Source of the DNA: Nemertoderma westbladi
Lineage: Eukaryota; Animalia; Xenacoelomorpha
Direction: 5' to 3'
Length of the DNA: 64,000 bases
Assembly: GCA_032718475.1 (NCBI GenBank)
Contig: JAUCBJ010002996.1
Span: forward strand, 1 to 64,000
Shown: in pieces, positions 38,930 to 51,674 of the stretch
Numbering within the stretch: the first letter of the stretch is position 1
Layout: every line of letters begins with the position of its first letter
The notes under the pieces: model-generated
Database searches by the model: none
The model's input: only the letters and a program-made list of their open reading frames with translations
Told to the model about the DNA's origin: nothing
Translations under genes and position numbers: made by a program

Positions 38930-39265
38930 TAGACTGTATTAATTCCATACGTCCTATAGAAGACATTTTAGAGAAAATGCGCTAAGAAAATATGGCAACA
39001 GTGTTTAGTAAAACTGAACGGACACAGACTGCGACTCAGTATGCTTCAGTCGACGATGGATCGAAGATTTATCACATGCACGCAGGAGATAACTACAATA
39101 AACATTAATTAGATATAAAAATGTATAATTAATACCTGTGTACCTGTTAATAAATTGCACTTATATTCGAAATAGTACATGATTAAAATGTTTAAAAGAG
39201 TATCCATAAAATCCTTTCTTCACATACCGAACGCTAATAAGTTGACATAATATAACAAAATTACA

Positions 39266-39406
39266 TACATCATTGTGCGCAAAGGTCACTTTTCAGCGTT
39301 AAAGACCCTTGTTTATTTATGTAAATTTCCCTCGCTGCGCTCGCTCGGTACATAAATAAACTCGGGTCATAACGCTGCAAAGTGTTACTTTGCACACAAT
39401 GATGTA
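39266..39406. mobile_element. Hairpin MITE-like element
   Basis: TACATCATTGTGCGCAAAG... / ...CTTTGCACACAATGATGTA ~60-bp arms around CTCGCTGCGCTCGCTCGG. Confidence 0.75.
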
Positions 39407-39640
39407 AATAGTTAAATTAACATAGAAATCCGACACATTTAGCCAATTGAAACGTTAACGAAAGCAAGGAGGCCAATTTGCAATTCAAGTGAGATCCATT
39501 GCATCTTAGTATCATATTAACGAAATATTAGGTTCTAGAAGAAAAAAAGCTGGTATTTTTATGTATTTTAATTGTCATGTAGAAACTAATAGTACATTAC
39601 TGTAGGCCTAGATTAAATATATAAAAGAAGCCAACATATA

Positions 39641-40451
39641 ATGACGACATTCTACGTAGTTAATACTCCGTTGTATTTGTGGGGTAGTTCGTCCCACAAG
39701 AAGCGGGTCCCGACGCCCTTTGGCCACTGGGCACTCATAGCCCATTTTAAAGAAGAAAATGTAGTTTATCGAGCCGAAATAGATGGCCAACCGGGGAAAA
39801 AAATGAGTATGGAGTTTGTGCACGCACATCCGCTACCAAATACGGTCGACCTACAGTAGATTGAATCGCTACAATAGAAAAATGTGTGAGTGAAGAAAAT
39901 GTTCTAGAAAATTTTAGATATGGACAAACGAAAAACGTGGATATGTTAGTAGGACATGCATTTTTTAAATTTCGTATCCAAAACATTCTAGAATCTTTTC
40001 TACTTAAAAGGTGGCAAGTAGAACAGTGGTATATTTATAAAGTGTAGGTAGGTGTGCAGTGCAAACTCCATACTAAATAACCACCGAACCAATGTTGATT
40101 GTAATGGGGGTAGGCGAGGATTGTATACCGAAAGAGGCAATAGAGATTGTTACTAAAGATGTCACTCTGGAACAATTAAAGGATGCCATAAGGGAGAACG
40201 AGTTGAATGGGAAAATGTATCACCCCATTCAAAAAAATTGTCAAATATGGGTCAAAAACGTGGCGAAACGTTTAGGGTTTCTAAAAAAGCTGGAAAGCAC
40301 TGGATTTAAAACCACCGATGAAGCCGCAACAGGAGTTTGTCATCTTATTGGTGCTGCAGGAGTGGTTTCAGCTGCAGCAGTAGGTGGAGCCTTACTGCTT
40401 TACAGACTCGGGGAAAAACGCGGTATCATTCGAAATCGTAAACCCGATTGA
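39641..40451 (+). pseudogene. Disrupted LRAT/PPPDE-like (permuted NlpC/P60) gene with C-terminal hydrophobic segment
   Basis: FGHWALIAHF in the first ORF and YHPIQKNCQIWV in the last resemble the His...NC catalytic motifs; the intervening sequence carries stops/frameshifts; C-terminal LIGAAGVVSAAAVGGALLLY. Confidence 0.5.
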
Positions 40452-41127
40452 TATATGGAGATTCGGTAATGAATACTGAAACGCAGACCATCCCTATTGG
40501 ATTGTTAAATAAATACAGAACGATAATGCAGAGTAACAGAATTATAAAGTACAGTTATACTGTAGGTCTTCATAAATACGTAAGCTGTACGACTGTAAAC
40601 GCTCTCCTGCAACCAAGGACGACAAGGGGAAAAAATAAAACTGTGAACATTGTGCTTTTTTATTATTTTGGTTGGATTAGCTTCCCCTAATTCTGGCTAT
40701 TAACTGATTTCTTTCACTAAATCTATACTTACTGTAACATTAAATAACGTTAATAATAATTATATGATGTCGGAATAATGTTTACACTCACGATGCAAGT
40801 ACTATAGACCTACTTACATCCCTCTCACGATTGTGTAAACGATGGGCCTAAACCAGACAACCGACAACCGTTAGAAACATTAAGGGAAAGGAGCAGGTTC
40901 CAGCGGGAAATTATTTAAACTAAATCAATAAAGAACGCATGTCCAAGTCCAGTTTCATTATTTCATGTTTACTCCGCTATCTACAGGAGAAAATCTATGC
41001 AAATACTGTAGCAGCTGATTACTCCCAAAAATACAACTGTAACCTGTTATATTAACTTTAGTTTACGTTTTGGTTAGAATAACGTGCCACTGTAATCTTC
41101 TCTCTTAATTGATAATTTAACATATCA

Positions 41128-41158
<31 letters not shown>

Positions 41159-41939
41159 CCCCTCTTGTCTGACAATAAAACTGTACTGGTCGACAATGTA
41201 TAAATGGCTTCGGACTTCCAAGAACCGCCACCCAAGGGCGCAACCTACTGTACTGTAGCACAAATTTAATATTCCCCTATAAGACCTCATACATTAATTA
41301 GTCTACACGGTGGGGACGGGGAGATCTCTTATAGTTTTTGACTCTCTGCTAGACGTTATGCTGGGAGTGAGTGTGGGAGAATGTTTGTCTCCTATTTTAT
41401 TTGCTATATTCTAGAACTAACGAGAGGAGGTTTCTCTGAATCCTTGCATGGCCAGCTTTCTAACTGTAGGCCTACCTATAAATCACTATAAGATTGAAGA
41501 ATAACTGCGGAGTAATACGTGTAATATCGACAGAGACACCTTTTTCAAACGCTTGTCGCTAAAGAATTAAAGCAAAAATACAAATTCTGGCTCACCCAGG
41601 AAGGAGGTGAATCTATCTCTGTTTCAAATTTCATGCAATTCATTAAGATTTGTAGAAAAAATTGGGGAGGGGGGGGGGGGGGGGGGGTGGGGGTTGTACA
41701 GGTACCAGAATAACGGCACTACAGTATATTCCAGGACATGGTGTATTGGTGGTAGACTGAGACTCTGATTCCATAACTCTAATGACCACTGCATATGCAT
41801 TACGCCCGTTTAAAGTCCGTTGCTAGGGACATTATCAATACTGCTAATATTGAAGGTCGTTTTCACTTGTTGGTTGCTATGGTATTTTCAAAAAACGAAA
41901 TTTACCATTAAATTCTTCGTACCCAAAATAATAATCTTT

Positions 41940-42150
41940 CGTAACTCGCCATATCTACGATATGAGCTGTTTCTATCGCTATGGCAATTTTCTAAGTTGC
42001 TATGAAAAATCCCTCTAAAAAACCAGCGCAACCATTTCGTGAAGTCTATTTAATCTTTTTTTAATGTCCCATATCTATTACTAAACAACAATGTGGGGTA
42101 GCTCAGTCATATAAAAAATTCCCACGGGGTAGGTTGGAGCCTGTATTATA
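41940..42150. repeat. Dispersed repeat shared with 56828-57020
   Basis: CCTCTAAAAAACCAGCG...ATGTGGGGTAGCTCA...TGGAGCCTGTATTA at both sites. Confidence 0.7.
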
Positions 42151-42714
42151 AGGTAACTGATACAAAAAAAATAATATAATTCCACTGCAGGGAAATGTAA
42201 TAATTTCCACTAATGTTAGCCAAGAATTTTCACATAAATAAAATTTGGATTGCTGATTGAATTTAGGTGTAATTAATTAATTTGTTTAAGTTTAAAAATC
42301 GCAATATTTTATCCTATGGATGGGAATTTGTTGGGAATAAGGGTTTTTGGGGTCGACAAATCTGATGCGCTGTTGTTACATACCCCCGTTTTGTAGTTGT
42401 AAAAAAAACTTCCAATTTTGAACCAGCCAAAATGGTAGTGAAAATGAGAAAATGATGACACAAATTTCCGTTGCTCCGGAAACTAAATTGGTAACTACTG
42501 TATGTGTAGAAGTGCATACTTCAGTCAATCGATAGTCATTGGGCTACAGTTTGTCTACGCCAAGTTTGGAGAAAACCCCTCCAATTAGTTGCTTTGCTGC
42601 TATTTAAATCCATGTTGCTAAGGAAAGAAACAGGAAATTGAAAGTGATTCGCATAATAATATTTTTGTAGAATTTTTTGGGTATTAACAAGGTAATATAG
42701 AATATAAAAAAATG

Positions 42715-43395
42715 GCGAGAGTTCCGTATAGCACTACATTTTTAAAACATATATATCATTGTTACTTTGGCAACGTTGAAGAGTTCTAGAAAAAAATCAT
42801 ATACTATTCTAGAACATAAATAAAATAAAGAATATAATGTTCTAGAACATATAGCTAGTTTTTTTAATTTTAAAATAGCTAGTAAATTAAATAACATTAT
42901 TTTTAAATATATTTCTGAATACAATTAAATTAATATTGATTATAGAGTTTTTGTATACCGGTCTAACTAATTTGTTTACATGTCCATTGGGTATTGGCTT
43001 TTGTTGGCCTTTAAAATCTCATGGAGGATGGAATCCGTTTAAATTTTCCTTTTCTTATCTGTCGCCTCCACATGTATTCAGTCAGTTTTTCGGAGAATTA
43101 ATCTTCATAATTAATGCACTCCTCACACAAAGCTCTGGCGTCGTATATTTAATTACAGTAATTTGATTTTTGTGTATTTCGCGGCCCAAACATTTTTTTA
43201 TACGTTTTTTAATTACTAGCAATTTTAAATTTGAAAAATAATTTACTATATGTTCTAGAAAATTTTATTTTATTTTTTATTTTATTTATGTTCTAGAATA
43301 GTGTATAATATTTAAGTTGTGTTCTAGAACTATTCAATGTTGCCATGTTAACAATGATTTATATTATAAAAATGTAGTGCTAAACAGAACTGTTA
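42715..43395. mobile_element. Degenerate foldback element
   Basis: TAGCACTACATTTT...CATTGTTAC...GGCAAC...GTTCTAGAA inverted against GTTCTAGAAC...GTTGCC...AACAATG...AAAATGTAGTGCTA. Confidence 0.6.
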
Positions 43396-44282
43396 CCAAA
43401 ATTTATAAAAAAAAGTTGAAAAAACAAGCTAGTATAAAAAATAAAAATGTGTTCTAGAATCAAAAAAATTATTTTAGAACAAAAATATTTATCAAAATTG
43501 ATAGCTAGCACATCTTCTATAATATTTATAATAAATAGCAAAAATTAGCTCGTATAAAAAATCTGGCCAATGGGTACCCAAGGTGTATACCAATGCCCAT
43601 ATGTGCACATAAATGCGCCTTCTTTTTTTACTGGGAAAAGAGTTGCAATCATAGGAGTCACTTTTTTTCCCCATAGGGAAAAAAGATGCTAATTTTACCA
43701 CAAATACTCAAGATGGCGTTCTACATCTTATGTTAAAATCCCTAGACTTGTATGTCAGTCCGTTCAGGAGATATGAAAAACCAGAACAACCCTCACAACA
43801 TAAAAGTTGAAAACCGTTAGAGGTAAAACAACACACACAGACTAGAGTTAATGTTAAATTTCAGTATGTGTTGTTTTGCCTCTTTGGAAAATAACGAAAA
43901 AAAACAGTTTTTTTCATCAACAAAATTCATTTTGAATGTTAGCCACTATTATAAAATGTATCATTGCTTTTTCCCAGATCTGTGTCGAAAAAATCAGGAG
44001 ACGGGATCCATATAGAGGGAAATGAGAAGGTTTTTTGCATTTTTCTCGAAACCACATTTTCTGGTGAGTGTTGTTCTGGCTCTTTGGTCACGGTATATTC
44101 GAGCGAAAAAGTAAAAATTTAAGAATGAAATAATTATTGATACATCAACATAAATTATCGCATTCCACTTAATCGTTATATCTTAATTCTGTTAATGATG
44201 ATAATATTAAATCCATAGTTTTCTACGGTGTCTCTTAATGTTTAGTTCACCGGGATATTATTACTATTGGATACAATGACCG

Positions 44283-44678
44283 TTAGTAAACGGATTTTGT
44301 AGGTGCGCCATTGCTTATGGGAGAATCATTACTGCTGTCTAAACCTGTGGAATTACTGGGAACAACTTGTTCCATCACTATTCTGTTACTTCCCTCGCCC
44401 CCGTGGTAAGTCTCATTGGGTGGATTACTTAAAACAACTCCAACAACTACACCTATAAATACGACCAACCCCATGAATGCTTTGAGAGCGCGGCATAACT
44501 TTTTGCTGTCGATTTTCCTACTAGTAACGGTTGTTTCTCCTGTCATTGAATTAATGCTCAGCTTCCTCATGGATGTGAACTGTTTTCTCGTATTACTTTC
44601 CAGTGAGTCAGTTGGGCCTTCCATTATTTTTGAACATGTAGAATAATAGTTAGACTTCGTTGACTCAATATCGGCCAT
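44283..44678 (-). CDS. Small single-pass membrane protein, 131 aa, unknown family
   Basis: ATG in GCTATGG context; basic stretch followed by AFMGLVVFIGVVVGVVL (type II-like) and N-glycosylation sequons (NET, NST, NDS). Confidence 0.55.
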   Translation of the reverse strand: MADIESTKSNYYSTCSKIMEGPTDSLESNTRKQFTSMRKLSINSMTGETTVTSRKIDSKKLCRALKAFMGLVVFIGVVVGVVLSNPPNETYHGGEGSNRIVMEQVVPSNSTGLDSSNDSPISNGAPTKSVY

Positions 44679-47328
44679 AGCTATTATGATATTAGTAGGT
44701 ATGTGAAATATTTTTATTTAAAAGTTCAAAATTGGCTATTGAGTTTACAGTAGCTAGTGTTGTAGCATTGTGATAGAATAAAACAATACAGTGTAACTAA
44801 GAAACAGGATTACTACCTTTATGACCACAAATTTAAAACTCGATACATTTCAGTGGCACAACATTTAAAAATTAATGAATTATGTAGCAAATTATTTTAA
44901 TAATTAGGCTGACAGATTTGTTAATAAACAAAACGAAATATAGATTAGATATTCTAGATGAATATGTACCGATAATTTTAACCGGTGTGAGCCGCTTGCA
45001 GAATTTGTGTTGTTGTTGTCATTTTCTATTTGTTTTAAATTCATTCGCATTTATTGGTCTTGGCGTTGATGTATCAAAATGATCAACCTTTTGACCAAAG
45101 CTAAATATTAAACTCAGCCAAAAAAAAACAGTAAAAATAATTATATCTCAATTTCTCCAGCATATTTTCTTTCTCAAAACAAACACATTTTGTTGTGCCT
45201 TCGTATGTAATAAAATATAATTTTCCAGAAAACATATTTAATTTAGCGGAAAACGTCCATCCCCAAACCCAGATTAATATAATTTAGATGTTTACAGCTC
45301 ATTAATTAATTGCTATAATTTATTCTATAAATATTATGATTCTAAACAAATAAACAACGAACTATAACGACCAAACTGGGAATGGCAATAATCGAGCGCT
45401 CCTTGTGGGGTACGGACAAAGTTTGTTTAAAACTCAAATTACCCACCAACATAAGTTACAAAACTCGGAATTCATAGACTACTGGATCAATTAAACGACA
45501 ATTTTGGTTGTGGAAATACGATGGTCTTAAACACTTAAAATAAAAGAGATATGCAACTGGTATGGTATGGCTACTGAGACACAATTACCATCAAAACACC
45601 ATAAAAAGTATTTCTAGCAACTAACATAGAATAAATCATATTATATATACCGAACCGACTAGATTTACTCGTATAATAATAATTTATCTAACACAATGTA
45701 ATGTAGCACAATAATCGTATATCCCCAGAACTACAACAAGCCTCTCAAATTAAGTTTAATATTCAATACTCAGGTTGAAAACATTCAATGGAATTAATTG
45801 ATATTTACTGCATCCAAATTGATATAATATTGAGACAGCGGGGAAAACTTGACGCAAATCCCATCTCGGAAAAGTAATATCTCGCCTCGGCGAATCAACA
45901 ATTTTGCATGTTAATTGTATCCAAAATTGTTAATTCTTGATTATTTTAATTATCCATTAAGAGAAAGGAACACGTTACGGGTTACAGTGGTACGTTATTA
46001 TAATCAAAACAATAAACGGAAGTAATTAGAACACGTGAGTTATATTATTGCGAGTAATCGTCTGTTATTTGCATCAAGATTCCCCCACTAAATTCTAATC
46101 TAGAAATTCTAAACTACCCTGTTCAATTAATTGAACTCCAATTATAATTAAACTTGTACACTAGTAGCTAAATGATACAAAACAATGTTTAAACAAACGA
46201 AAATAATATAGGCGTTACTGGGAACATCGAGCAAAAAGCATGAATGAATATAGCAATCGTATGAAATGTTTCTTTCTAACTTATTAATAAGTTTTCGTGA
46301 ATTTGGTCGGAGTTACCAGATCGTAAATATAATTAAGTCTGATATCGATAACTCAAACTATCTTTAGGCGACATGTGGGGATAATTTCGGAATCTATGAG
46401 GAACTTGTTATAACAATATCAAACAAAAACTATATCGCATATCAAACCCGATGTCAATAGCTTCATTTACAATGGACATTTTATCTTCCTTCATAAAAAA
46501 TAACACAGAATTTAAATATAAATAATCCTGAGACAAAAAAAAAAGGAGAGATTTTATATTTTTTAAGAGGTTAATAGAATATACTAAATGATTCCATTAA
46601 TTTTACCCATATTGTTAGCTACTATTGCATTCGATACTATTATAGTCCATAGGGGACGTTCCCTTTGTGTTTCACACGTTGAAAGGGTTGGAGGTATTCG
46701 CGTGACACTTTCTGTGCGGTTGGGGGTTTAGGCGCTAAGAGGATATCTACATCTCTCCACAAAGGTGAGGGGGGGGGGGGGGGGGGGGGTCTGTTGGTCT
46801 GTTGGGTCGCCCGACAGTAACAAACAATAATAGTAACAATTAATATTAATAAATAGTAATAATCACAATGTCCGTCCCGGCTAATTTAAGTCGCTATCTT
46901 ATTGTATAAAATACGGAACATAAATACATTCAGGTAAATCCAATCTACAAACCACAAATATCTAGAAATTAAATAAGAGTGATTAATTTCAGGTCCATTT
47001 AATGTGTCACTATAAATTCTATTTATAAAGCTGGCCAAGTAAACTAGTTAACAAAAAACGTACAATCGGCATCATCATGCAATAAAGAACATATGAAACC
47101 CTCTAAGCCCCAACCCACAGAGATCAAACTGGGTCGAATTCCAGTGCTATGAGTGGAGAAGCTGATAGAGTAGACATGTTACTATGTATTATGTAACAAG
47201 GGGTGTAGCTCGGAAGCTACTAAATTAATATTATTATATCTCGTAATATATCAACAATCCGATCGGATTAAAAGCGAAAAGAAACCAAACCGAGATATAA
47301 TAAAACGGGGTCGCCTAGAAACAACCAA

Positions 47329-48630
47329 TCAACAGCGGGTCTCGTACAAACCCGACTTACCGATGTATCGAACCCATTTGATGACGTCGTGATCGGAATA
47401 ATTGAGTTTCGATTCGAACACCTTGAGGTAGCGAACCTTGAGCCCACTGGGGGCGAACGGCACCTCGAAACTCATCGATATCGGTGGCCGCGCCCACTTC
47501 TTCTTATCCGCGGACGCGAGCAACTCGATCTCCGCCGATATCTGGCTCTCCTTCATCCCGCCCATCCGCTTTATCTTCCAGAGAATCGCGTTCTCCGACG
47601 CTTTGTACTTGGCTTTCCCTTTCATACAGATGACCTGAACGCCGCTGGTGTTTAACGGCGTCGGGATTCGAACCTCGATCTTCTGGGCCAACAACGACGG
47701 TTTGAAGTTGCTCTTGAGCACGACTTTAACCTCCATCTTCGATCGTCCGACCTCCCGGACTAACGGAATGACCCGGAATGGTAGACTGATATCCTTGGTG
47801 GTTCGGTACCGCATTAACTCGTACTCCCCATCCGGCGGAATGAAACTAATAGATCGCTCTGTCTCGAACTTAGATAACTTCACGCACTGATGGAAAGTGC
47901 AATCGTCTATGGCGATGGACGTTTTATTCTGTCGGAAGGCGTCATCGGATGACGATTTCCCCTGTTTATCCAACGTTATCTTGTCGTTCAAACCGAATTT
48001 ACATTCCGGCATTCCAGACAGATACGACTTCATCATGACCTTACCGGAGACGTGAGCGCTAAGCACCTGACCCTGCGGCGACATGAGCAGATTAACCGAT
48101 TCTAGGACGTCGAGGAACAACTCATTCCGTCGGTATTTGATTCCATCTCGTCTCCAACCGATCTGCCCGGTAACTTGCTTCGTTATCTCAGCGTGCTCCT
48201 CTTTAGTGACTGATTTAATCCCTTGTTGCGTTATGTAGGTTTTTAACGTGCCGGTATCTGTATGCTGAGGGTAGCCGTAGTCGAGAATCTCGTCTAAAAG
48301 TTCGTAAATTAAAACGAAATTATTTTTTACATTGTCCTCGTTAATTTTACCGAAATACGAGGACATTACCGAGCAAACCTTAAGGATAAACTCGAACACG
48401 AGGGTAGAGTTGACGTTCTGTTTGGTAACGGCGGCGAGCCAGATGTTCCCGCGACGGATGTGGAAGAAGGAGGTTCTCGCGATGTTGGTTACCGGACTGC
48501 GAACCTGCTGACGGGCATGGATGACGTTGACCCGGAACGCGTCCACTGCGTTGCGACCGATGTCATCCCGATAAATACGGGAGATCAGAACCTCACCTTT
48601 GTGGTTGTATATAAACAGTCCGCCTATCAT
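47329..48630 (-). CDS. AP2M1: AP-2 complex subunit mu (clathrin adaptor mu2)
   Basis: [47 protein letters not shown]..., [24 protein letters not shown], ends [17 protein letters not shown]; full-length 433 aa in one exon. Confidence 0.98.
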   Translation of the reverse strand: MIGGLFIYNHKGEVLISRIYRDDIGRNAVDAFRVNVIHARQQVRSPVTNIARTSFFHIRRGNIWLAAVTKQNVNSTLVFEFILKVCSVMSSYFGKINEDNVKNNFVLIYELLDEILDYGYPQHTDTGTLKTYITQQGIKSVTKEEHAEITKQVTGQIGWRRDGIKYRRNELFLDVLESVNLLMSPQGQVLSAHVSGKVMMKSYLSGMPECKFGLNDKITLDKQGKSSSDDAFRQNKTSIAIDDCTFHQCVKLSKFETERSISFIPPDGEYELMRYRTTKDISLPFRVIPLVREVGRSKMEVKVVLKSNFKPSLLAQKIEVRIPTPLNTSGVQVICMKGKAKYKASENAILWKIKRMGGMKESQISAEIELLASADKKKWARPPISMSFEVPFAPSGLKVRYLKVFESKLNYSDHDVIKWVRYIGKSGLYETRC

Positions 48631-48646
48631 TCTGTTATTCTGTGTC

Positions 48647-49221
48647 CTATATCAGTAAAGTATATCTTTACCTATATGACAGTGTGCAGCAGTATGATCC
48701 TGATATCAGGATATAGCTGTATATAGGCCTACTGCTGTACTGGCTGACTGGTATTGTCAGATTGTGTTGTGATATTGCAGTATTGATATATTGAAATAGA
48801 AAAAACCAATGATTAACGAAACGACAAACTGACAAATTCTTCCGGCTGTACGTTCCGGGAATGATAGTAAATGTTGAAATGGTAATAACTGTAGATCTGT
48901 TCCCGTCAGCCCGTTGGCAGTTGGTTGCCAGGTTGCGTTTAGGCGTTGGTCCCTGTTCAGTAGTGTAGTAGCAGTAAGTAGCCTTTTACACTCAACAGTC
49001 AGACAGTTGTAGCTATGGTACCGGTACCCACTAACAGCTGAACAGTACAGCAGTACTGCACTATGCCTGTATGCGATGCGTGCTTGTGCTAGCAGGCTAG
49101 ACCTATGCCAGTATGCCTGTACAGCTGTATGACAGTACATGCAGTTATGATGTTGGGTAGTCCTATGCAGCTATGCCAGTATGCTCCTGTCCTGTAATCC
49201 TTGGATGTAGGTAACACTTAC
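48647..49221 (-). other. Possible 5' UTR intron of AP2M1
   Basis: Minus-strand GTAAGT at 49221 downstream of a GC-richer segment; TACTGATATAG acceptor 16 nt before the ATG. Confidence 0.3.
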
Positions 49222-49737
49222 ACTCAACACTAGCGGTCACCCGGTAACTACAGCCGCCTGACTCCACAATAGCAAAAGGTGGTGAGATTTGCCTCTGCTG
49301 TGGGAGTGGGTTAAAATTCCGAAATAAGACTGCAAGTTGGTAATAAATAATAATAAATTAATGGACTATTTTGAGTCTATTTACCATCTAATTTAGTTAC
49401 ACTACATCGCCACGACATACCTAATAAATGAAGCTGACAATAGGAAACTATATCGGTACCAGTAGCCGATAGGCACTGGCCCCAATAAATTGTTGTATTG
49501 ACTTTTTCACAGATTTATATACAAATGTTACTTAATAAAACTTTAATACTTTAAAGTTACCACCAACATATTAAAAAACAATTTCTGATGATTAATATAT
49601 TTTCTGGTTTTCATCATGTACTATAAATTATATTAAGGTGTTATTTCAAATAAAGCCATTAGACATATAAATTATTCCAGCTTGTCTTTTTCAGAGATTC
49701 TTCCTCTCCATATTAATTCCGTCATACTACATTCAGC

Positions 49738-49900
49738 ATACTAACCTGGCACAGGGGTTAACCTCGCTCATGAATGTGGTTCCCCCAGGGTAAGATCCTC
49801 GCATTGCACAACGCCTGGATTGACCTCTGCGATTTTCTCAAATCGAGGAAACTCGGGTGCTAAATTTATGCTAGTGGGGCTTGCGTTCGCGCAGGCTCCT
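49738..49900 (+). ncRNA. U1: U1 snRNA variant (5' AUACUAACCUG), copy A
   Basis: Full-length U1 architecture; U6A in the 5' splice-site arm, loop I GCTCATGAAT, stem II GATCC/GGATT, Sm site AATTTATG. Confidence 0.93.
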
Positions 49901-50764
49901 TCATATAATTACATATTATTTAATTGTTTATTGCGGTTTAATTAATTAATAATTGTTATTCTAATTGTCATATTCTTAATAAGATACACAAAATAACAAA
50001 ATTTAAATAATAATTTTAAAAAATATATATAAATATAAAGCTAAAATATGACTATAGTCTATCCCGTGTTGTTGCTTTTGGTAGATTCAGCTCTTCTGTA
50101 ACCTGGGTTTTAGTGAAAACCTGGTATTCTACACATCCGGGTTAATTGTAAAGTGAAAGATAACAGCTGGAAGTCTGCTATAACCCCTTTTATTTACTTT
50201 TAATGCTCCTCTCTCTTTAATGCTGCTTTTATTATACCATGTCGGGGTAAAAAATACATGGATTGTAAATTGTTTTTTTTATGAAAAAAACACCCTTTAC
50301 TCCCAGTTATCATATTGATGATTGTTCATTGTTGTTATTACTTATTATAAAGAAGGTTAATTAGTAAGGTAATAAAATGTTTTTATAATATGTGTTATTG
50401 TTGAAAGTTAATTTTTTATATTCATCTGTATACAGAGCAGCTGTGAGGAACCGATCTGGCGGTGGCAGTACACTTACCAGTAAATAACAGCAACAGGTTT
50501 GTAGGGCCTTCGCGCAGGACTTAGCAAGCAATATTATCATACGGCACGCCACCTATCATCGGTGTCTAGTCATCCCTTAGCGCGAGACTGGAGACGCAAA
50601 GTATCATTGTTGGACGAGTATTATTATCCAAAATTATCGCCTGCACCGAACGCAAACGCAGTAAAAGTAAGTAACAAGTAGAAGCGAAGCAACTTACGCA
50701 ACTTCAAATAAGGAATTAATTACAGAGCAAAAGGGAAGTAAATACTATTAAGCATAATGAAGGA

Positions 50765-50933
50765 AGGAGCCTGCGCGGACGCATTAATTAGCCCCACTAA
50801 CATAAATTTAGCACCCGAGTTCCCTCGATTTGAGGAAATCGCAGAGGTCAATCCAGGCGTTGTGCAATGCGAGGATCTTACCCTGGGGGAACCACATTCA
50901 TGAGCGAGGTTAACCCCTGTGCCAGGTTAGTAT
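50765..50933 (-). ncRNA. U1: U1 snRNA variant (5' AUACUAACCUG), copy B
   Basis: Same diagnostic changes as copy A; stem III substitutions keep pairing; small insertion in stem IV. Confidence 0.9.
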
Positions 50934-51674
50934 GAACGGCATGGTAAGACGTGATTTAAAAGATTTAAATATTGAAGAATATTGGTGTACCGCAAATTAT
51001 AATAGCTTATTAAAGGAATGTTTATAAAAGTAATATATTAATTGTTACGTTATATTATAAAACTGGTTTATTATATTTATCATCTTGTAAAGATAGTAAA
51101 TTACATATAAGCATAAGTATTCTATTATAAAATATTATAATTGTGTTGGTGAAGTTTAGGCCAACATTCTTGAGGCCCCATAATTTTTCGGTTGAAATAT
51201 CGTATACGTTTAGAACAGCATAGGTAGCCAAGGTGATCTCGAATGAAGCGATATTTAAAACACCACTCTCATGATAGCTTTTTGACATAGTTAATCTATA
51301 ATACCACATCATTCATTATCCATGCGACAAACGTTATCTTTGAAGCGCTGTCACCACATTTTCACAACAGCGCTTTAACCTAAAACCAAAATACTCTGAT
51401 TGAACAGCATCGCGCTCTCACAGCGCTATCACTCCGAAGTGTGTATCGTTGCGTGGCAATAAAAAGGCGCTAAGTCGAGCTTTTGAAAAAATGAGTTATT
51501 TATACCACCAGATAGCTGATGAAATTTGTCATCGATGGGTACTATTTGTTATTGTGATTTGTAGGCCTATATCCTTTTCAATATTCATAGCCTGTATAAT
51601 AAATTTAATTTGATTACATTTTATCATTTTGAATAGGAATTCCAATAACTGAGTTAGATCCTTTTAAACAGAAC

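Noticed and set aside
39918-39952. 27-nt micro-exon ending at a GTTAGT donor (possible variant-U1 target)
   Set aside because: No convincing in-frame downstream acceptor; region better explained as decayed coding sequence.
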